DNA of 64,000 nucleotides, from NCBI GenBank assembly GCA_963708075.1, contig OY970194.1, positions 6,464,001-6,528,000 of the forward strand. Reading direction: 5' to 3'. Shown here piece by piece: positions 59,273 to 64,000 of this stretch. The DNA is from Sedimentisphaerales bacterium (lineage in GTDB: Bacteria; Planctomycetota; Phycisphaerae; Sedimentisphaerales; Anaerobacaceae). Within the stretch, counting starts at the first letter, position 1; each line of letters opens with the position of its first letter. A program made the position numbers and the translations under genes. The notes beneath the pieces are model-generated. The model saw only the letters and a program-made list of their open reading frames with translations, did no database searches and was not told where the DNA came from.

Positions 59273-62200
59273 ATGAAAAGAGCAAGGCCGTCGTCTGTTG
59301 TCACCATCTTCTTATATGCATGCCTTACGTCCCTGGCCATTTCGCCCCCGGTCCTGAGTGATGAGCCGGTCGCAGAGCAGCCGCTGCTTCGCATCAATGA
59401 GGTCATGGCCTCCAACGCCACGAGCCTGGCCGACCCACAGGGACAGTTCGACGACTGGCTCGAAATCTACAACGCCGGGGACGTGGCCGTGGACCTGGCA
59501 GGCATGTGGCTGACCGATGACCCGGCCGAGCCGACCCAGTGGAAGTTCCCCGCCAAGGCCGCGGTCGTGGCTCCCAAGGGTTATCTGGTTGTCTGGGCCG
59601 ATGGGGATGTCGGTGACACCGGTCTTCATGCGTCCTTCCGGCTGAGTGCCCCCGGAGAGCAGGTGTGTCTCTTCGCGGCGGACGGCCGGACCCTGATCGA
59701 CAGCCTCACCTTTGGCGAGCAGACGGCGGACATCTCTTACGGCCGATTCCCGGATGCGAACGATGCGCTGCTGTTCTTCTCAGAACCGACGCCCGGCAAG
59801 GCGAACAAGGAGGCTTACCTGGGCGAGGTGGCCCCGCTGGCGTTCAGCCACGAGCACGGCTTCTACACCGCCCCCTTCGATCTGACGATCACAACAGATA
59901 CAGCGGATGCACAGATCATGTACACGACCGACGGGAGAGATCCGGACGACATGAGCTACCGGTTCCGGCCCGGTCGCCCGTACACGGGGCCGCTGCGAAT
60001 CAGCAAAACCACGTGCCTCCGCGTCGCAGCCATCAAGCCGGGCTGGAAATCGACCCGGCTCTGTACCCAGACTTACGTCTTCGACACCCGCGCACAAGTG
60101 ATGTCTCTGCCCATGGTCTCCCTCGTCGGTGATGCGGCCAAGACCTTCTACGAACCGAGCGGTGTCATGGCCATCGTCGGCGGTGCGTACAGCGGCGGCG
60201 TCTGGACGTCTGCTGGCGTCGGCAGCTATAACAACATGCTGAATCGCGAGTTGGAATGTCCGGTTTCCGCCGAGTGGATTCTCCCCGATAACAGCGAAGG
60301 CTTTCAGATGAACTGCGGGCTGCGCGTGCACGGCAGCGACTACACGCGTCCTCGCTACGTGCGCCAGAATGGCTATTGGTCGACGTATACGGGCAAGATC
60401 GGCCTGCGCCTGTACTTCCGGGGTGAATATGACGAAAAGCGGCTCGAGTACCCGCTGTTCCCGTCGTCCAATGCCCAGGAGTACGCCACAGTTCTCCTCC
60501 GCGCCGGGCACAATGACCCGTACAATCCGTTCGTCAAGGACGAGCTGCTTCGCCGATTGAACAGGGATATGGGGCAGGTCTCCTGCGCCGGCACGTTCGC
60601 CAACCTCTTCATCAACGGCGAATACAAGGGTTACTACAATCCCACGGAACAGGTCACCGAGGAGTCCTGCCAGCAATGGTTCGACAGCGACCAGCCGTGG
60701 GATGTGATGACCATGAGCGGCGTCCGCGACGGCGACTCCATCTCGTGGAATGAAATGCTCAACTACGCCCGCAATCACAACCTGGCGGACCCCGTCTTCT
60801 ATGCCGAGATGTGCAAGAGACTGGATGTGGTGTGTTTCATCGATTACCTGATCATCCGCTTGTGGCCGAATGACTGGGACTGGCCTCAGAACAACTGGTC
60901 GGCCGCCTGCGAGCGATCTCCGACAGGGCAGTGGAAGTTCTTCCTCTGGGACGCCGAGGGCACCTTCGAGCGCAACCAGGAAGTACTCGACAGATTCGGC
61001 GAGTTGAACAGCCAGGGGAGTGCGAACAGCGTGGTCTATCGTGCGCTGAAGGCGAACAAAGACTTCCGCATGCTCTTCGCGGATCGTCTCTACAGGCATT
61101 TCTACAACGGCGGCGCGCTGACAGTAGGGAACGTCCAGCGGCGATTCTACGAAATGCGGGATCAACTGCGTGGCGTCATCCCCTCCATGGACACGTACAT
61201 TCCCGCCACCTGGGTGCCCGCGCGCAGCCGATCTTCATCAACGCCTGCACGCGCGAGGGCGTGTACACCTTCGACGGCCCGCAATTTACGGTCAATAGCG
61301 TCCCTCAGCATGGAGGCCACATTGCCGCCACCGACTCCGTGGGGATGCTGCCCGGCCGGCAGGGTACGATCTATTACACGCTGGACGGCTCGGAACCCTC
61401 GCAGACCACGCCGCCGCAGCCTGTCGGCACGACCCTTGTCACCGCGGGTGCGCCGAAACGCGTACTTGTCCCCTCAAGGACGAACATCGGCGACTGGCGG
61501 GGGGCCAGACCCTTCGACGACTCGGCCTGGATCGCCTCCTCCGGCGGCATCGGCTACGAGCGCGGCATAGGCTACCAGGGCTACATCGGCACAGACGTCG
61601 GCGCGCAGATGTACACGATCAACTCCTCCTGCTACATCCGCATCCCTTTCACGTTCAACGGGGACAAGAGCACGCTCACACTGATGACGCTCAAGATGCG
61701 GTATGACGATGGTTTCGTCGCGCACCTCAACGGCATGGAAGTGGCGAGGAAGAACTTCGAGGGCAATCCCGCCTGGAGTTCCGCCGCTGTGACGGATCGG
61801 CCTGATGCGGACGCTCTCGCCTTCGAGGCGATCGACATCTCACAGCACATCGGCCTGTTGCAGCCGGGCGCCAATATGCTTGCCATCCACGGGCTCAATA
61901 TCTCACCGGCTGATTCGGATTTCCTCATCGCCGCGGAGCTGTTCGTCAGTTCCAGCGCCACCGGCGACACACCCGCCGGCCCGTCGACGCTCACGAGTCC
62001 GATTCGCCTGACGCGCAGCACGCTGGTCAAGGCCCGGGTCCGTGCCGGCGCGACCTGGAGCGCGCTGGCGGAGACCACGTTTGCGGTCGGGCCGGTGGCC
62101 GAGAGCCTCCGGATCAGCGAGATCATGTATAATCCCGCCGATCCCAATACTGAGTACATCGAGCTGACGAACATCGGCGGCGAGACAATCGACTTGAGCC

Positions 62201-63591
62201 TGGTCCGATTCACCGACGGCGTCAGCTTCGAGTTCCCCGCCTATGAGCTCGCTCCCGGCGGCCGCTGCCTGGTCGTCCAGGATGCGGCTGCGTTTGCAGC
62301 CAGGTACGGCGAGGGCCTGCCATGTGTGGGGCGGTACGAGGGGAGTCTCAACAATGCCGGCGAACGCATCGGGTTGCAGGACGCCGCCGGGATGTTCGTC
62401 CAGGCCTTCGAATACCGTGATGACTGGTATGACATGACCGACGGCGGGGGCTACTCCCTGACCGTGGGCGATCCTGCCGCGGCTGATCCGAATGCTCTGG
62501 CCGATGCGAGCGCGTGGCGGCCGAGCGCCCGCCCTGGCGGATCACCCGGGACTGACGACGGCGCCGGCGTCGTGGAGCCGGGCGGCGTCATAATCAATGA
62601 GTTGCTGGCCAATGCCTCGCGCGGGAGCTCCGACTGGATCGAGCTGTATAACCCGACCGACCGGCCGGTGGACGTCGGCGGCTGGTATCTCAGTGACAAC
62701 GCCGACAATCCCGCCAGGTATGAGATCGCCTCCGGCACGGTCGTCGAGCCGAACGGCTACCTGGTTCTCACAGAGGACGGGCAGTTTGGCAACGCCGCCG
62801 ATCCGGGTTGTCACACGCCGTTTGCCCTCAGTCAGAACGGCGAGACGCTGTATGTGTATTCGGCCTCGCAGGGGGCCTTGACCGGCTACAGCGACAAGGT
62901 GGAGTTCGGCGCTTCCGAGCCCGGCGTCGCATTCGGCCGTTATCTCCTGAGCACAGGTGTTTCGGACTTCCCGGCTCTGCTCGAACCCACTCCCGGCGAG
63001 GCCAATGCCGGCCCGCAGGTCGGGCCCATCGTGATCAGCGAGATCATGTATCATCCTGATAATCCTGGTGAGGCCGAGTACGTCGAGCTGTTCAACGCCG
63101 GTGACACGGACGTGACGCTGTATGACGTTACTGCCGCCTCGCCGTGGCGATTTGCGGGTGACGTGGCTAATCCCGGCATCGAGGTGCTCTTCCCGAGCGA
63201 CCCGCCGATCACCCTTGCGCCGGGCGGATATCTGCTCCTTGTCGCGGACCGGCTGGCTTGTGAGGCGCGGTATGCCATCGCGGCGGATGTTCCTGTTCTG
63301 GAATGGGGCTCGGGCAAGCTCAATGACGCGGGCGATACAATCACACTCAGCCGGCCGGGCCAGACGGATGATGAGGGGACTCGCCACTGGATCTGTGTGG
63401 ACCGCGTCTCCTTCAGTGACGGCGCCCATCCGGAGAGCTTCCCGAGCGGGGTCGATCTGTGGCCTGTCGAAGCCGGCGGCCAAGGCTCGTCCTTGACGCG
63501 CATCTCTTCCGGCCGTTACGGCAACGACCCGAATAATTGGCAAGGGGCGCTCCCATCCCCCGGCACTGCCAAACGCCGCGCCGGTCGGTGA
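59273..63591 (+). CDS. Large exported lamin-tail / FN3-associated / CotH-kinase-domain protein (apparent -1 frameshift at ~61224)
   Basis: Signal peptide; four INE/ISE..DW.E.YN lamin-tail domains; YTTDG/YTLDGSEP; CotH features LFINGEYKGYY, DWPQNNW and FFLWDAE. Adding one base joins the ORFs as WVPARQPIFINAC. Confidence 0.85.
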
Positions 63592-63865
63592 CATCTCTCC
63601 TGGTCTTGCCGGACATGTAGCAGAGGCATGAGTCCGGGCGATTCACCTCCGCCTGAAATGATCGGTACTGATCTCTCACATCTTCAGGAACAGGTCTCAA
63701 GGTGGCCGCGAGCGAACCCACCTGAGATCCGCTTGTCGGCAAAAACGGCCGTGAAGCGGAGGTCACGTCACCACGGAGCCCGTCAACGCTCTCGCTCACA
63801 CGGCGAATGGCACGATATGAACCGCCCCTGACGCTGTCAACAGGAAAATCCCTTGCCGCAAGTGC

Positions 63866-63997
63866 GGGGTGTACGACAAGATTGTGGCAGAGCGAGGATG
63901 AGACTCTTGGGTGGCAGCGTCAAGCGCAGCTTGGCGATGGCCTGCCTCGGACGCAGCATAACCATCGCCAAGGCCTTCGGCCTTGACGCTGCCACCC
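63866..63997. repeat. Palindromic repeat family A with conserved flank
   Basis: GGGTGGCAGCGTCAAGCGCAGCTTGGCGATGG..CCATCGCCAAGGCCTTCGGCCTTGACGCTGCCACCC; the flank matches 8881-8923 inverted. Confidence 0.85.
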
Positions 63998-64000
63998 GGA

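Overview
A 64-kb, GC-rich bacterial chromosome segment. Gene content suggests Planctomycetota, probably Phycisphaerae/Sedimentisphaerales-like (inference: long PilM fusion, BlaI/M56 pairs, a Ser/Thr kinase, a CotH/lamin-tail protein and a VPAP-type PEP-CTERM tail). Housekeeping and envelope genes include mtaB, a pilM operon, pgi, a DEAD-box helicase, a B12 radical SAM enzyme, an EF-G paralog, pilT, a PilB-like pseudo-ATPase and an M48 peptidase. Accessory material includes a partial type IIG restriction-modification (R-M) gene missed by the ORF track (<1..1004), an MmeI-family R-M enzyme, an orphan CdiI-like immunity gene, an intact IS1182 inserted into a palindrome, an IS630 remnant and a free-standing HNH-AP2 endonuclease. 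The intergenic DNA is unusually structured. It holds nested palindromes, GTAG-type REPs, 7- and 9-bp tandem modules, GGGG(A/T)CA / TG(A/T)CCCC motifs that bracket low-GC genes like cassette ends, and a cas-less array of 10 AATTGGCTTTGTTTC repeats downstream of a near-consensus sigma70 promoter. Five long genes carry single frameshifts; three can be repaired by the same GAACCG->GACCG edit. Exported proteins are strongly enriched in a [DE]-P-N tripeptide. No rRNA, tRNA, cas or reverse transcriptase gene was recognised.
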